DNA of 64,000 bases from an uncultured Verrucomicrobiota bacterium (GCA_964458325.1 CAYWIM010000006.1:9370-73369); one strand, 5' to 3'; shown: positions 10,500-20,869, numbered from the stretch's first letter. Numbers and translations: made by a program. Notes: generated by a model from the letters alone, not told the origin.

Positions 10500-11366
10500 T
10501 CACGGCGCCCACATGTTCATCGCCTTCCGATAGCTGATCCCGTTGTTCCCGATGTCCTTCCACAGGGCGGGATCGAAGGCCTGGGGGATCCGCCGCGCGC
10601 TTTGAAAGACAACGTGCCCGTCGCCGAACAGCGCGTTCAGTCCAGCAATGCTGTTGTCCCGGTGCGGCGCGGCAGCCGGGCTGTCGAGATTGTGCACCAG
10701 ATCTACCGCCATGCTCTTGGCTTGGTTGATCTGAGTGAGCTTGAACGGCGCCAGATAGCTCTTGCCCGAGGCCGACGGCGATGTGTCCGGCTTCACCTCC
10801 GGCAGGAACATGCCCGGCCCCATGTTCTGCAGGATCTTGGACTGCGGAAAATAGCTGTAGCCGCTCCGGACATTGTCGTCCGCCTGTTGCTCGGCGCCAA
10901 AGGGCCACGCGCCGTTGACGGTGTAGTAGGCATACGTCCAGCCGCCGCCATGCTTTTTACCGCTGGGACAGTAGCAGACCTGGGGGTTCGGTATATTCTT
11001 GGTCGCCCAGGCCAGCCCGAGATTATGCGGGCCTTCGGTGATCTGGCGGGCGGAGGCGTTCACTCGCATCATCTCGTAGGGATACCACGAGTTGGCGTCG
11101 CGGAACTTCACCGTTGGCAGGACATCGTTGTTGTCCTGGGCATACATCAGGAGGCCCAGGCCGACCTGCTTGAGATTGCTCGAGCAGTTGATCCGCAAGG
11201 CGCGCTCTTTGGCCTTCGAAAGCGCCGGCAACAACATCGATGCCAGAATGGCAACGATGGCGATCACCACCAGCAGCTCGATCAGCGTGAACCCCCGGCA
11301 GGCTCGCGCCGCCCTTGCCCCCGGCCCGGCCGCGTGCACGAACCGCATCGGCCGATTGCTCATCAT
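10500..11366 (-). CDS. Prepilin-type N-terminal cleavage/methylation (pseudopilin) protein with C-terminal H..DG motif
   Basis: [46 protein letters not shown]; start uncertain. Confidence 0.9.
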   Translation of the reverse strand: MMSNRPMRFVHAAGPGARAARACRGFTLIELLVVIAIVAILASMLLPALSKAKERALRINCSSNLKQVGLGLLMYAQDNNDVLPTVKFRDANSWYPYEMMRVNASARQITEGPHNLGLAWATKNIPNPQVCYCPSGKKHGGGWTYAYYTVNGAWPFGAEQQADDNVRSGYSYFPQSKILQNMGPGMFLPEVKPDTSPSASGKSYLAPFKLTQINQAKSMAVDLVHNLDSPAAAPHRDNSIAGLNALFGDGHVVFQSARRIPQAFDPALWKDIGNNGISYRKAMNMWAP

Positions 11367-11442
11367 ACGATGTCCTGGAAATCGCGTGCCCCCATTTTGC
11401 CCAATCCCGCCGGCCATTGCTACCGTAAATCGAAAAAAAAGA

Positions 11443-11573
11443 CAATGGGGTCGCATCAATAGTTGACATATGACGCGTGGGAAGTGTTCGCAGAGGCATG
11501 GGTTAAAAATCCGGAGCGAAGCCGTTTTGCTACACAGCTCAGGCGCGTATTGTCAACTATTTAGACCCCATTG
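11443..11573. repeat. Long-spaced inverted repeat upstream of pseudopilin gene
   Basis: caatggggtc-gcatc-aatagttgaca (11443-11468) versus reverse complement of 11551-11573, caatggggtc-ta-aatagttgaca. Confidence 0.6.
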
Positions 11574-11603
11574 CCTTATGTCTGCGGAGTCGTCGGGAGG
11601 ATT

Positions 11604-12671
11604 TCATCTGCGGCTCCGCCACGCCATGTAATCAAGGTAGAGGCGCGTCGAGCCGGGGTGGCCGGCGAACGCGCTCGTGCCCGGGCGGTTCATCAAGCCC
11701 TGGTACTGGTAGATCAGGATGGTGTCGACGTGGGGTGAGACGGCTTCGAGCTGGGCTTGCACCCGATCCCACGGGGCCGGAATGAGGGGCGTGGTCTGCC
11801 GGTTGGGCGGGCCTTCCCAGGCGAACACCTCGACATCCGCCCACAGCGCGCGTTGCGGGACGCGGTCGTGCGCACGCCGCAGCGTCGCAAACGCCCGCTC
11901 GCTCTCGGCCGGGGTCATCCGCAGACAGCCGACCTCGTCCTGGTAGGCGATGATATCCACGTCCAGCCGTTCGAGCTGGAGGAGGAACCGGTCGTCGCAC
12001 ACGGCGCGGCTTGTCCCGTAGGGTGCCGTGAGGATCCTGGCTTTGGGAGTGAGGCGGCGGGCTTCGCGGCTGCTCGCGTTGACGTATGCAATGAAGGGGT
12101 CCGAGAAGTGCGGGGAGAGGCAGGCCTCGTTGGGCCAATACCAGCCGTGAAAGCTCGAATGATGGCTGTAGCGCCGGGCGATCTCCTCCATCATCTGAAA
12201 ACGCTTGCGAGCCCGATCTGGATTGACCAGCGCATCGGCATCCCATTCGGCGTGCCAATCGCTGCTGATGAAGAACTTGACCCGGCATCGGTCGGCGGCG
12301 GCGAGCATCGCCTCGATGGGATCCGGGCAGGCCATCTCGAGCTTGGGCAGCAGCGCCGTGTCATAGAACGCTTTGCCGCCTTTGGCGATGGCCAGCAGCA
12401 CGAGGTATTTCATCCCCATGTCCGCCATGTCCCGAATTGCGGCTTGCCATTGGCCGGCCGTGAATCGAAGGCAGGCATCGTTCCAATACACGTGCCGCCG
12501 GTCATCCCACCAGACGCTGATCCAGCTGCCGCGGATTGGCTGAACCCTTGCGTGGCGGGGATCCTGCCATGCGCAAGACGCGGCAAACGGGGCGGCAAGA
12601 GCCCCCGAGCCGAAGGCCTTCAGGAAGCGCCTGCGCGAGGCGGCATCGGTTGGCGGCAAGCAGGATTTCAC
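11604..12671 (-). CDS. DUF4434-like glycoside-hydrolase-fold protein, Tat (lipo)protein
   Basis: SRRRFLK twin-arginine, FAASC lipobox-like, GWYWPNE, DIIAYQDEVG, LWADVEVF motifs; GTG start assumed. Confidence 0.72.
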   Translation of the reverse strand: MKSCLPPTDAASRRRFLKAFGSGALAAPFAASCAWQDPRHARVQPIRGSWISVWWDDRRHVYWNDACLRFTAGQWQAAIRDMADMGMKYLVLLAIAKGGKAFYDTALLPKLEMACPDPIEAMLAAADRCRVKFFISSDWHAEWDADALVNPDRARKRFQMMEEIARRYSHHSSFHGWYWPNEACLSPHFSDPFIAYVNASSREARRLTPKARILTAPYGTSRAVCDDRFLLQLERLDVDIIAYQDEVGCLRMTPAESERAFATLRRAHDRVPQRALWADVEVFAWEGPPNRQTTPLIPAPWDRVQAQLEAVSPHVDTILIYQYQGLMNRPGTSAFAGHPGSTRLYLDYMAWRSRR

Positions 12672-12944
12672 GAGCAGTCTCTTTCTTGATGGCGCGCCGC
12701 GGCCTTGCCGCCAGCGCAACCGTGTTGGACACGGGAGCTCTTTCGGGGCATTCTGTTTCCGTTGCAGCCCGTCCCCGCGATGTTATTCTCGCTGAAAAAC
12801 CAAATGCAAATCGAATTGCAGGCGCCCCATGGGAGCGTTGCCGGTTGGGGTGGACGGCAGGAATACCGTGACGGTGTCGCGCGCGAATGCGGCCTCGGTC
12901 TTCCGGCTGGTCAACGGATGGCAGATCGGCGATCTTGACCTCAA

Positions 12945-13154
12945 ATGCCCTCGCAAAACTCGCTGGACCGGGCCATGGCCCGGGTCTGCATCCATTGTCT
13001 CGTCTGCCGGCGGGCCCGGCATCGCCAACGCGGCATGGCCTTCCGGTTGGTGCAGCGAATCGAGACCAAGCTCTGCCCGTTCTGCCTGGCCTACGAACGA
13101 GTCTACGGACGAAAGGCGCACGAGGCCCCTCCCGGCGCCGAGCCGGCTCCTTGA
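12945..13154 (+). CDS. Small Cys-rich hypothetical protein
   Basis: 69 aa, CxxCxxC...CPFC..YERVYG pattern. Confidence 0.55.
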   Translation: MPSQNSLDRAMARVCIHCLVCRRARHRQRGMAFRLVQRIETKLCPFCLAYERVYGRKAHEAPPGAEPAP

Positions 13155-13191
13155 GATCTCGGAACCAGAAGCGGCGGCTTCGCGGATCTGC

Positions 13192-15225
13192 CTACGGCAG
13201 AAGCCGGCCCCGATGGAACTCGCGCGTCAATCCGGAGGCCGCCTCCTGGATCAGGAGCAAGGTGCCGGTCCCATCGGTGAATTCGAGCTCGAGCGAGGGG
13301 AGCCAGGCCGATAGATCCGGGCTTTGTTCGAGCAGGAATTTCTGGTCCGGCTTGCCGCCGAATAGAAACACATGGTGCGCCTCGGTGCGGGCGTAGCGGA
13401 CGAACTCGATCGGGGTCAGGTCGGGCACGACCTGGGCGCGCAGGATCATCCCCTGGACTCCGACCGCGACGAGCTGGCCGCCGGCGGCCGCCGCGCCGAA
13501 CAGCGATTTGCGGGTGAGCGTGCCGGTGCTGGACCAATCGGCCAGGTTGGTGCTGGTGAGGACCGCGCCGCCGGTGCCGACCACAAACCACGTGCCCTCG
13601 ACGAACGCGGCGTCCGTGAGCCACTCGGTGGTGCCGCTGGATCGGGCAGTCCAGTTCGTGGCGTCGGGGCTGGTCCAGAGCGCGCCGTTTTCGCCGACGA
13701 CCAGCAGCACGTCATGGAGGCGGCGCACCTGCCAGAGCCAATCGGTTGTCGGCAGAGCGCGCGATGTCCAGTTGGTCCCGTCGGGGCTTGTCAGCATCGC
13801 GCCGCGATCCCCCACGGCCACCAGCCCGGCCGGGCACGTTTCCATCGACGAAAGAAAGCCGGCGGCCGGCGCGGCCTGCCCGCTCCATTGGACACCGTCG
13901 CGGCTGGTGAGAATCGTTCCGTTCGCGCCGGACGCCAGGAACAGGCCGCCGAAGGCGGTGCAGCCTTGGAGATCGTTGGGGGTGGGCCGCGGCTCGACGG
14001 CCTCCCAGGTCACGCCGTTGGTGCTCCGGATGATCGCCCCGGCATTGCCCACCGCGAAGAGAAGGTTCGTCGTGCCGCCCACCCCCAAGAACACGGTGTT
14101 GGTCACCGAATCCGGGACGATGTCCATGTCCCAATCCACCCCGTTGTCGCTGGTCATCACGGTGCCGCGATCTCCGGCGGCGATGTAGTAGTGCGGGGTG
14201 CGGCGCAAGGCCCAAAGCCATGTGCGAGGCGAATTGCTGGGAACATAGTAGACGAACGGGCTGGTCTCGTTGGTGCGATAGCCTTGGACCCAAAGCCCCG
14301 TCTCCCCGCCAAGCCACACGGAGGCGCCATCCCAGAGCGCGCTGTAATAGCTCCAGACGGGAGGCGGATAGGGCTTGGCGCTGTCCAGTTCGTCCACCCA
14401 GGCGGCGCCGTCCTTTCTGCGCACTTCGGCCTCGCCCGCCAGCCAGGTGGCATGGCTGGCGCCCGCGGCGGCGGAGAGATGATTGGTGGCGCCCGCGGCC
14501 TGCGGCGACCACGAGTTGCCGTTGGCGCTGGTCAGGACCAGGCCGCCGTCGCCGGCAGCCCAGTAGCGGTCCTCGAGCCAGGCGACGCGGTTGAGATGCC
14601 CGGTGACGCCGCTGTTGCGCTTGGTCCACGTGGCGCCGGTCGAGCTGCTCATGATGAACCCGCTCTCTCCCACCGCCACGAAGCCGGACGATCCCCAGGC
14701 AACGCTGCGAAGCCAGGCCGTGTATCCCGTGTTCTTCCGGGTCCAGGCGACGGCGTTGGTGCTGGTATAGACCGCGCCGTTGTCGCCCACGGCCACGACC
14801 AGGCTCGCGGATGCCGCCACGCTCTCGAGCCAGTCGGCCGTGCCGAGGTCGTTCAGGAAGAACTCCGACGGGTCGTCGGAAAACAGGATGGTCCCGCGCT
14901 CGCCGCAGATCACGATGCGCCCGCCCAGAAACGTCACGCCGCGCAGGGATCGGTCGGTGTGGCTGTCGCGGGGCGTCCATGAATCGAGGTCGGTGCTGGT
15001 GAAGATCTGGCCCCGCTCGCCCACCTGGACGGCCAGGCCGCCGGCCCAGGCGATGTCGACGATGTTCGCCCCGTGCGGCGCCGGGTTGGACCATCGCCAC
15101 GACAATGGGTATGCGGCGGAGGAAAGCGCCCAGGCCGCGCTGGCTGCCAGCACGAGCGCGCGGGCCGCCTGGCATTGCGCGACACGGGGGATCAAGCGTT
15201 TCATATGGTGTTTTGGGAATGGCAT
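13192..15225 (-). CDS. Secreted BNR/Asp-box beta-propeller protein with C-terminal tail
   Basis: Signal peptide, many TSxDGxxW/TSTNxxxW repeats, tail LEQSPDLSAW..EFHR; start trimmed from the 881-aa ORF to ATG 15225 (or 15204). Confidence 0.8.
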   Translation of the reverse strand: MPFPKHHMKRLIPRVAQCQAARALVLAASAAWALSSAAYPLSWRWSNPAPHGANIVDIAWAGGLAVQVGERGQIFTSTDLDSWTPRDSHTDRSLRGVTFLGGRIVICGERGTILFSDDPSEFFLNDLGTADWLESVAASASLVVAVGDNGAVYTSTNAVAWTRKNTGYTAWLRSVAWGSSGFVAVGESGFIMSSSTGATWTKRNSGVTGHLNRVAWLEDRYWAAGDGGLVLTSANGNSWSPQAAGATNHLSAAAGASHATWLAGEAEVRRKDGAAWVDELDSAKPYPPPVWSYYSALWDGASVWLGGETGLWVQGYRTNETSPFVYYVPSNSPRTWLWALRRTPHYYIAAGDRGTVMTSDNGVDWDMDIVPDSVTNTVFLGVGGTTNLLFAVGNAGAIIRSTNGVTWEAVEPRPTPNDLQGCTAFGGLFLASGANGTILTSRDGVQWSGQAAPAAGFLSSMETCPAGLVAVGDRGAMLTSPDGTNWTSRALPTTDWLWQVRRLHDVLLVVGENGALWTSPDATNWTARSSGTTEWLTDAAFVEGTWFVVGTGGAVLTSTNLADWSSTGTLTRKSLFGAAAAGGQLVAVGVQGMILRAQVVPDLTPIEFVRYARTEAHHVFLFGGKPDQKFLLEQSPDLSAWLPSLELEFTDGTGTLLLIQEAASGLTREFHRGRLLP

Positions 15226-15242
15226 CCGATGGTTTCGCCGTC

Positions 15243-16709
15243 TCACGAATGGCCTGCTGCCGCCCGCTCGACCGCTGGCGGCGAAACCGTCTCGCGGCCG
15301 TCTCCGACCAATGACTGAGGCAGGATCAGCGCGAACAAGCAGCCGCTCTCCGTGCTGCGCGTCAGCTCGAGCTCGGCGCCGAGGTGCCGCGCCAGTTGCC
15401 GGCTCAGCGCGAGGCCCAGCCCGTTGCCGCCGGGCTTGGTCGAGCGGCATGGCATGAACAAGTTGTCGCGGACCGATGCCGGCAGGCCCGGCCCTTCGTC
15501 CCCCACCTCGCACACCACGCCGCGGCCGGCCGGGCGGATGTCGAGCCGCACGGCTCGGCCGGGCGGAGTGGCCTGGATGGCGTTCCGCAACAGGTTCTCC
15601 AAAATGAGCAAGGCCAGGTTCGCGTCGCGGTTGCTCAGCGCGCCATCGGCCGACCGGCTGGATTCGAGACGGAGGCCCGCCGCCGCCGCGACGGGCTGGA
15701 TCTTGTCCCGGATGATTTGGGCCAGCTCGGCCAGCGACAGCTCGTAGGTCGTCCCCTCGCTCTGCTCCCCGAGGACGCGGACAATCTCGCCGACCATCGC
15801 CTGCATCTTCTCCGTGCCGCGCAGGGCGTCCTTCCACTCGGCATCCTCCCCGGCCCGAGTCGCGACGAAATTCTGGAGGCCGGCCAGCGGGCTGGTCAGG
15901 CCGTGGAGGATGTGGGCGGTGACGGCGCCCAGGGCGGAGGTTTTGGCGGCCAGAGCCAGCTCCTGGTTGGCCCGGCGCAGGTCCGCGGCGTGTTCCTGGA
16001 GCCGCGCATTGATGATCTGCAGCCTCCAGAACGCCCAGCTCAGCGCGAGGGCCATCATGGATCCGCTCAGGATGAATGCCAGGAGCGCCTTCTGGGCCAG
16101 GTGGCGGTTCAGGATCGCCAGCTCGTGCGCGATGCTCCGGCCGTCCTGGATGAGCTCCGCTGCCGCCAGCAGGTTGGTCTGGCCCGGCGCATGCAGCGGG
16201 ATGAGCACCGACAGCAGCGGCACGCCGGCTGCCTCCGCCTCATTCGGCTGCGGGGGCACCAGGAAATGATCGGTGAGCCGGGCCGCAGGCTCGAAGCGGC
16301 TCGAAGGCTCCAGGCGGGCCATCGCCTCCGCTTCCACCCGGGTCAAATCCTTCTCCTTGACCAGCACGGGCAGGGCAGCCACGAATCGCCCTTGGGCGTC
16401 GAACAGCCTTGTCGCCAGCACGCCCTGCCGCAGCCTCGAGAGCCGAAGGATCAGCGCCAGCTGGCCCGAGGCGTCGTCGAGCTGTTGGGCGAGCGCGCCG
16501 GCCGAATCGGCCCCGATCTGTTCGAGCGTGGCGACCTCGCCCAGCACCTCGGCATCCCAGTGGATGATCTGGTGGCCGATGGTGTCCCGCAGCTGCCGGG
16601 CCCCAAAGAAAATCATGCCGCCCAGGATGCAGAGCGCGATGGCGATCACCACCGGCGACAGCCACCGCGACCGGCTCAGTTGTCGTGCCAAAGGCAGTAT
16701 CTTGTCCAT
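15243..16709 (-). CDS. Sensor histidine kinase
   Basis: Two TM helices flanking periplasmic domain, H-box HGLTSPL, N-box NLLRNAIQA, G1 DEGPGL, G2 GNGLGL. Confidence 0.93.
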   Translation of the reverse strand: MDKILPLARQLSRSRWLSPVVIAIALCILGGMIFFGARQLRDTIGHQIIHWDAEVLGEVATLEQIGADSAGALAQQLDDASGQLALILRLSRLRQGVLATRLFDAQGRFVAALPVLVKEKDLTRVEAEAMARLEPSSRFEPAARLTDHFLVPPQPNEAEAAGVPLLSVLIPLHAPGQTNLLAAAELIQDGRSIAHELAILNRHLAQKALLAFILSGSMMALALSWAFWRLQIINARLQEHAADLRRANQELALAAKTSALGAVTAHILHGLTSPLAGLQNFVATRAGEDAEWKDALRGTEKMQAMVGEIVRVLGEQSEGTTYELSLAELAQIIRDKIQPVAAAAGLRLESSRSADGALSNRDANLALLILENLLRNAIQATPPGRAVRLDIRPAGRGVVCEVGDEGPGLPASVRDNLFMPCRSTKPGGNGLGLALSRQLARHLGAELELTRSTESGCLFALILPQSLVGDGRETVSPPAVERAAAGHS

Positions 16710-16731
16710 GCCCGCCTCCGTCGGCTTTCCA

Positions 16732-17868
16732 TCAAAACTCGAAATCGACCCCCGCGCTCGCAGTGTTGGCCCGGTACTGTTCGACCGGCTGGTTGGAGAG
16801 GGACCGCTCGTAATCGTAGGCCGCGTAGATCCGCCAATGTTTCGACAGGCTTTTCTCGCCGCGAACGGTGACGTGGATGCTGGTTCGATGCCGCAGGCGG
16901 GGATCGGCGAGGCTGATGGCCTGGTGGGGGAAATCGTAGTAGGCCAGCGCGCCCTGCACGCTGACGTCCCACCCCGCAGCCCGGTAGCGCAGTTGCTCGG
17001 CGACTCGATACTGCAGATAATCGTAATAGCCGGACCCGTTGTCCTGGTTGTGCTCGAAGCCGCATCGGGTGAGGCTGCGCCACCGGCGTTTCTCGTCCCA
17101 GTTGTGCTGCCAGGAGAGCTCGGCCAGCTGGCTCCAGTACCGCAGGCGCGTCCCGGGAACGGGAGCGCCCGTCGGATCGGTCTGCTCGCGCGAGTCGTAG
17201 GTTTGGGGAAAGGCCTGATAGCTCAAGCCGGCTTCCGATCCGTGGCCGTAGTAGCGGCCGAGCGTGATCCGCGGGCCTGCCTGCCAGTAGTCGTCCAGCG
17301 GCTGGCGAAAATAGTACAGCGAGCCCGAAAGGCTCAGCTCGGCCCACCAGGGCGCCGCATCCCGCCGCACCCCTTCCGTCAGGGTGATGCCATGCCCATG
17401 GACTTGCTGGCGAACCGCCGTGCCGTAAATGGCGGAAACGTCCATCACCTCGTTGATGAACACGTATTGCAGGGCCGAGGTGCTCTTCCATCCCTCGCCC
17501 ATGAACCATCCCAGCTGGCTCGAGACCGCGGCGTTCTGCTCCGCGTCCACGCCGATCGACTCCCGGAAGTAGCGCACGTCGCTGGCGACCGCCATCAGGC
17601 TGAAATCCCAGTTGTTCCACGGGAGGCGGAACAGCATGACGTCGGCGCTGGTCATCTCGAACGCGCTGCTTTGGGGATCGAAGTGGCTCAGCGTCACATT
17701 GTCCTTGTAGCCCGCGCCCACCCGCAGATGCGCCGACCTCTGCCACAGGGAAAACCCTTCCGGCAGCTCGAGCTTCTCGGCGGACACCCGAACGTCATCG
17801 GCGCCCAGGGCGAAGCAGAACAAGAGCGCTCCCAGCGCGCTCTTCCGTTGGCAGCCTCCGAGGTTCAT
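16732..17868 (-). CDS. Outer-membrane beta-barrel protein
   Basis: Signal peptide, alternating aromatic/amphipathic strands, C-terminal ..GVDFEF BAM-type signature; start trimmed to ATG 17868. Confidence 0.7.
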   Translation of the reverse strand: MNLGGCQRKSALGALLFCFALGADDVRVSAEKLELPEGFSLWQRSAHLRVGAGYKDNVTLSHFDPQSSAFEMTSADVMLFRLPWNNWDFSLMAVASDVRYFRESIGVDAEQNAAVSSQLGWFMGEGWKSTSALQYVFINEVMDVSAIYGTAVRQQVHGHGITLTEGVRRDAAPWWAELSLSGSLYYFRQPLDDYWQAGPRITLGRYYGHGSEAGLSYQAFPQTYDSREQTDPTGAPVPGTRLRYWSQLAELSWQHNWDEKRRWRSLTRCGFEHNQDNGSGYYDYLQYRVAEQLRYRAAGWDVSVQGALAYYDFPHQAISLADPRLRHRTSIHVTVRGEKSLSKHWRIYAAYDYERSLSNQPVEQYRANTASAGVDFEF

Positions 17869-17945
17869 GAAAAGAATGCCGCGCCGGCCTGCTTTTGCCG
17901 GCCGGCGCTCGATGGACCTGGATCGGCCCGAATTCATTCCGGTCA

Positions 17946-18572
17946 CTAGCGTCCGCGCGGTCCGCCGGTCCCCGATCCGCCCGAGCCCGTGCCTGGGTTG
18001 GAGACCCGCTCCATGAGGCGCGTGTGATCGCGCAACTGATCGCCCAACCGGGCGCACTGCTCGGCCAATTGCTCGCGCAGCCGGGCCTGCTGCTGCTTCC
18101 ACTGCTCCATCTGCTCCTTCAACTGATCGCGCAGACGCTGGCGCTCCTGCTCGCCCGCGCCGCTCATCTGCTGCTCGATCGTGCGCTGGCGAGTCGTGAA
18201 CGCCTCGCGGTCCTTCTGGAACTGCCGCACCAGCCCCTCGACATCCGCCGGGGTCAGCGGCCCGTGCGGTCGCGGCCCGGGCGGATCAACGCGCGGTCCG
18301 GACGAAGGAGCCACTACGCTGTATCGATTGGTGAACGCCTGTGGCACGGGTGAGTTGGACCATCGCGCCATGTTCGTATACCAGCCAGCGCCAGCTCCAT
18401 TGGGATCCAGATAATGGTTCTGGTAGTTGGTCGAGTAGGCATGCTGGGTGGTGTCAGTGCCATCGTTGGAGCCGCTTCCCGGGCCGGGACCTGCCGCCCT
18501 TGCCGCTGCCGCACCGGCAATGACCACGACTCCAATGGCCCCCACAAAAGCGAGACTTTTTTTCGGTTTCAT
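17946..18572 (-). CDS. Exported coiled-coil protein (Spy/ZraP-like architecture)
   Basis: Signal peptide, low-complexity linker, Q/E/R-rich helical C-terminal half; first gene after sigma54 promoter. Confidence 0.62.
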   Translation of the reverse strand: MKPKKSLAFVGAIGVVVIAGAAAARAAGPGPGSGSNDGTDTTQHAYSTNYQNHYLDPNGAGAGWYTNMARWSNSPVPQAFTNRYSVVAPSSGPRVDPPGPRPHGPLTPADVEGLVRQFQKDREAFTTRQRTIEQQMSGAGEQERQRLRDQLKEQMEQWKQQQARLREQLAEQCARLGDQLRDHTRLMERVSNPGTGSGGSGTGGPRGR

Positions 18573-18625
18573 CAGATTTTCCTTTCGTTTTGCGGGAACC
18601 ACTCCCGCGTCTTGATTTCCTAAAG

Positions 18626-18640
18626 GCAAGACGCGTGCCA
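18626..18640 (-). promoter_or_regulatory. sigma54 -24/-12 promoter
   Basis: Minus strand TGGCAC-GCGTC-TTGC, a perfect consensus 54 nt upstream of ATG 18572. Confidence 0.85.
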
Positions 18641-18727
18641 GGACCCTCGATTATTATTAACTAATTCGCTATCAATTGGATACGCATGTGCAGACGCTCG
18701 TGTCCACCCCCGATCGCCGGCTGGTTT

Positions 18728-18786
18728 CGGGTAATATTCGCCAGACACGAATGCAGGTTGAGCCCTTGGATGGGGAATAATCCCCA
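18728..18786. promoter_or_regulatory. Putative enhancer (UAS) pair
   Basis: TGGGGAATAATCCCCA (18771-18786) and degenerate copy (reverse complement TGGCGAATATTACCCG, 18728-18743), about 90-145 bp upstream of sigma54 site. Confidence 0.6.
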
Positions 18787-18921
18787 GCGTGGAGTGTCTA
18801 CGCGATGATGCAGGCCGGGTCCCTTCACCCTGGCGCTCTGGTCGCGTGACGCTTTCTATCGAGCCCAGATCGGCGGAAGCGGGAACTCCAAACTCGAGCA
18901 GCCGGCCTGGATGGGGCCCGA

Positions 18922-20325
18922 TCATTGGCGGTCGGTCTCCTTTTTATCGAGCCGGTAGCGGAGGTAATCGCGGGGGACGCCCAGGAGCCGCGCCGCCGCG
19001 GACAGGTTGCCTCCGCTCTGCCTCAGCGCGTGTCGAATGATGCGGAGCACGGCCTCTTCCACGGAAAACCCCGATGCCGGAATCACGAATTCCTCGTTGA
19101 ACCAATCGACCGATTTTGGGGGGAGCGCCGTCTGGGGGGCATTCTGCCCGCTGAGGTGCTGGAAATCGAACTCCGTCCCCGATTCGAAGACGACGGCCCG
19201 CTCGAGCTCATGGGCCAATTCGCGGACATTGCCGGGCCAGGGATAGCCCATGAGACGTTGGGCGCCTATCGGCGAGATCGATCGCTTGGGGATTCGATGC
19301 CGGCGGCAGATCTGTTCCAGAAGCTGTTCGGCCAGTCGCAGGATGTCCATGCCGCGCGCGCGCAATGGCGGCAGGCGGACCCGGAACAGATCCAAGCGGT
19401 GGTAGAGATCCTCGCGGAACTGCCGGGCAGCGACCAGCTCGGTCAGGCTCTGGCTGGTGGCGGCGATGAGGCGCACGTCGACCTGGATGGCTGCGTTGCC
19501 GCCGACGCGCCGTATTTTGCAATCTTCGAGCGCAGTCAGCACCTTGGCCTGAAGGGCCAGAGAGAGGCTTGGGAGCTCGTCCAGGAAGAGCGTCCCGCCG
19601 GCGGCCGCCTCGAACAGTCCCATCCGGGCCGTCTTGGCGTCGGTGAACGCGCCGCGCTCGTGGCCGAACAGCTCGGACTCGGCCAGCGTTTCGGGCAGGG
19701 CGGAGCAATTGACCTCGACCAGCGGCTGCGCGGAACGCGGTCCCTGCTGGTGGATCCAGCGCGCGATGGTCGTTTTCCCTGCCCCGGTCTCGCCATGGAT
19801 CAGCACCGGGGGCGGCGTGCCTTCGACCCGCTGGTCGGCCTCGAGGATTTTCTCGAGTTGGCCTTTAACCTCCGCCAAGGCCTCGCCGAAGAAGAATCCC
19901 GCCAGGCCGGTTTCCTCGCGGCGGTGCTCCTCGCGCCGGGCCGACTGCCGCGCGCGCCGCGCCCGCTCGAGCACCAGCGGCAGCTCCATCGGATTGAACG
20001 GCTTGACCAGGTAATCGAGCGCGCCCAGCTTCATCGCCTCCACGACGCTGGGCACGTTGCTGTTGGCGGTCATGATGACGACGCCGACCGCTTTCGAGAA
20101 GACCTTCTCCCGGAGCAGGTCCATTCCCATGCCATCGGGCAGGTTCAGATCCAGGAAGGCGAAATCGAAGTCGAGGTCCCTGGCGAACCGCCGGGCCGCT
20201 CCCAGATCGCCTGCGCTGGTGACGTCCGCGCCAAGTTTCTCGAGCGTCGCCGCAATCTGCCGGCTCAGCAGCGGATCGTCCTCGAGAACCAACACGCTCA
20301 ATCCCGTCAGACTCGATGGCTGCAT
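18922..20325 (-). CDS. NtrC-family sigma54-dependent response regulator
   Basis: REC (LEDD, D in FLDLNLPD, K in YLVKPF), AAA+ GETGAGKT, ESELFGHERGAFTDA, WPGNVREL, Fis-type HTH. Confidence 0.95.
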   Translation of the reverse strand: MQPSSLTGLSVLVLEDDPLLSRQIAATLEKLGADVTSAGDLGAARRFARDLDFDFAFLDLNLPDGMGMDLLREKVFSKAVGVVIMTANSNVPSVVEAMKLGALDYLVKPFNPMELPLVLERARRARQSARREEHRREETGLAGFFFGEALAEVKGQLEKILEADQRVEGTPPPVLIHGETGAGKTTIARWIHQQGPRSAQPLVEVNCSALPETLAESELFGHERGAFTDAKTARMGLFEAAAGGTLFLDELPSLSLALQAKVLTALEDCKIRRVGGNAAIQVDVRLIAATSQSLTELVAARQFREDLYHRLDLFRVRLPPLRARGMDILRLAEQLLEQICRRHRIPKRSISPIGAQRLMGYPWPGNVRELAHELERAVVFESGTEFDFQHLSGQNAPQTALPPKSVDWFNEEFVIPASGFSVEEAVLRIIRHALRQSGGNLSAAARLLGVPRDYLRYRLDKKETDRQ

Positions 20326-20446
20326 CGATTGGATGTTCGTCGAAAAACCGATCCCGTGAAAGCCAAAAGGACAGCACGGCTCCCGCCGGCTGTCCTTGCA
20401 CGATCGAGGTGTTGCTTGCGTTCAACCTGCCCGCGCAATCGCCTGC

Positions 20447-20869
20447 CTATTTCCCGGCGCGCACCACAACGGTGTCCGATCCGGCGAACATTTCACCGTC
20501 TTTGGTCGATCCCGTCAGGGTCAGAATGGCCGAAGGCGGCGCCACCAAGCCCTTGAGCTCGGTGAGGCTGAACTTGGCGACGAGGTTGCCGCAGTCGTCG
20601 GCCTTGGTCGCGCGTGCGGAGAGGATTGCCTGTCCGTTGTTGACATCGAGTTCGACTGAGGCCGTGTCAACCGAGCTGTAAGCCAGGTCGGTATGGACGG
20701 TCATCCAATCGCCGTTGGCGGCCGATTTCATGACCACAGCCGAAGGCGAGCACATGATCTCGACCGATATGTCAGCCTGCGCCTTGAATGGTGCCAGCGC
20801 CAGCAGGAGGGCCGCACACAGTACACCCGCCCAGCGAAGGGGGTGGAGGAAAGTTGAATAGTTATTCAT
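20447..20869 (-). CDS. Small secreted beta-rich hypothetical protein
   Basis: 140 aa, signal peptide ending AQA-D, two Cys in the mature part. Confidence 0.75.
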   Translation of the reverse strand: MNNYSTFLHPLRWAGVLCAALLLALAPFKAQADISVEIMCSPSAVVMKSAANGDWMTVHTDLAYSSVDTASVELDVNNGQAILSARATKADDCGNLVAKFSLTELKGLVAPPSAILTLTGSTKDGEMFAGSDTVVVRAGK

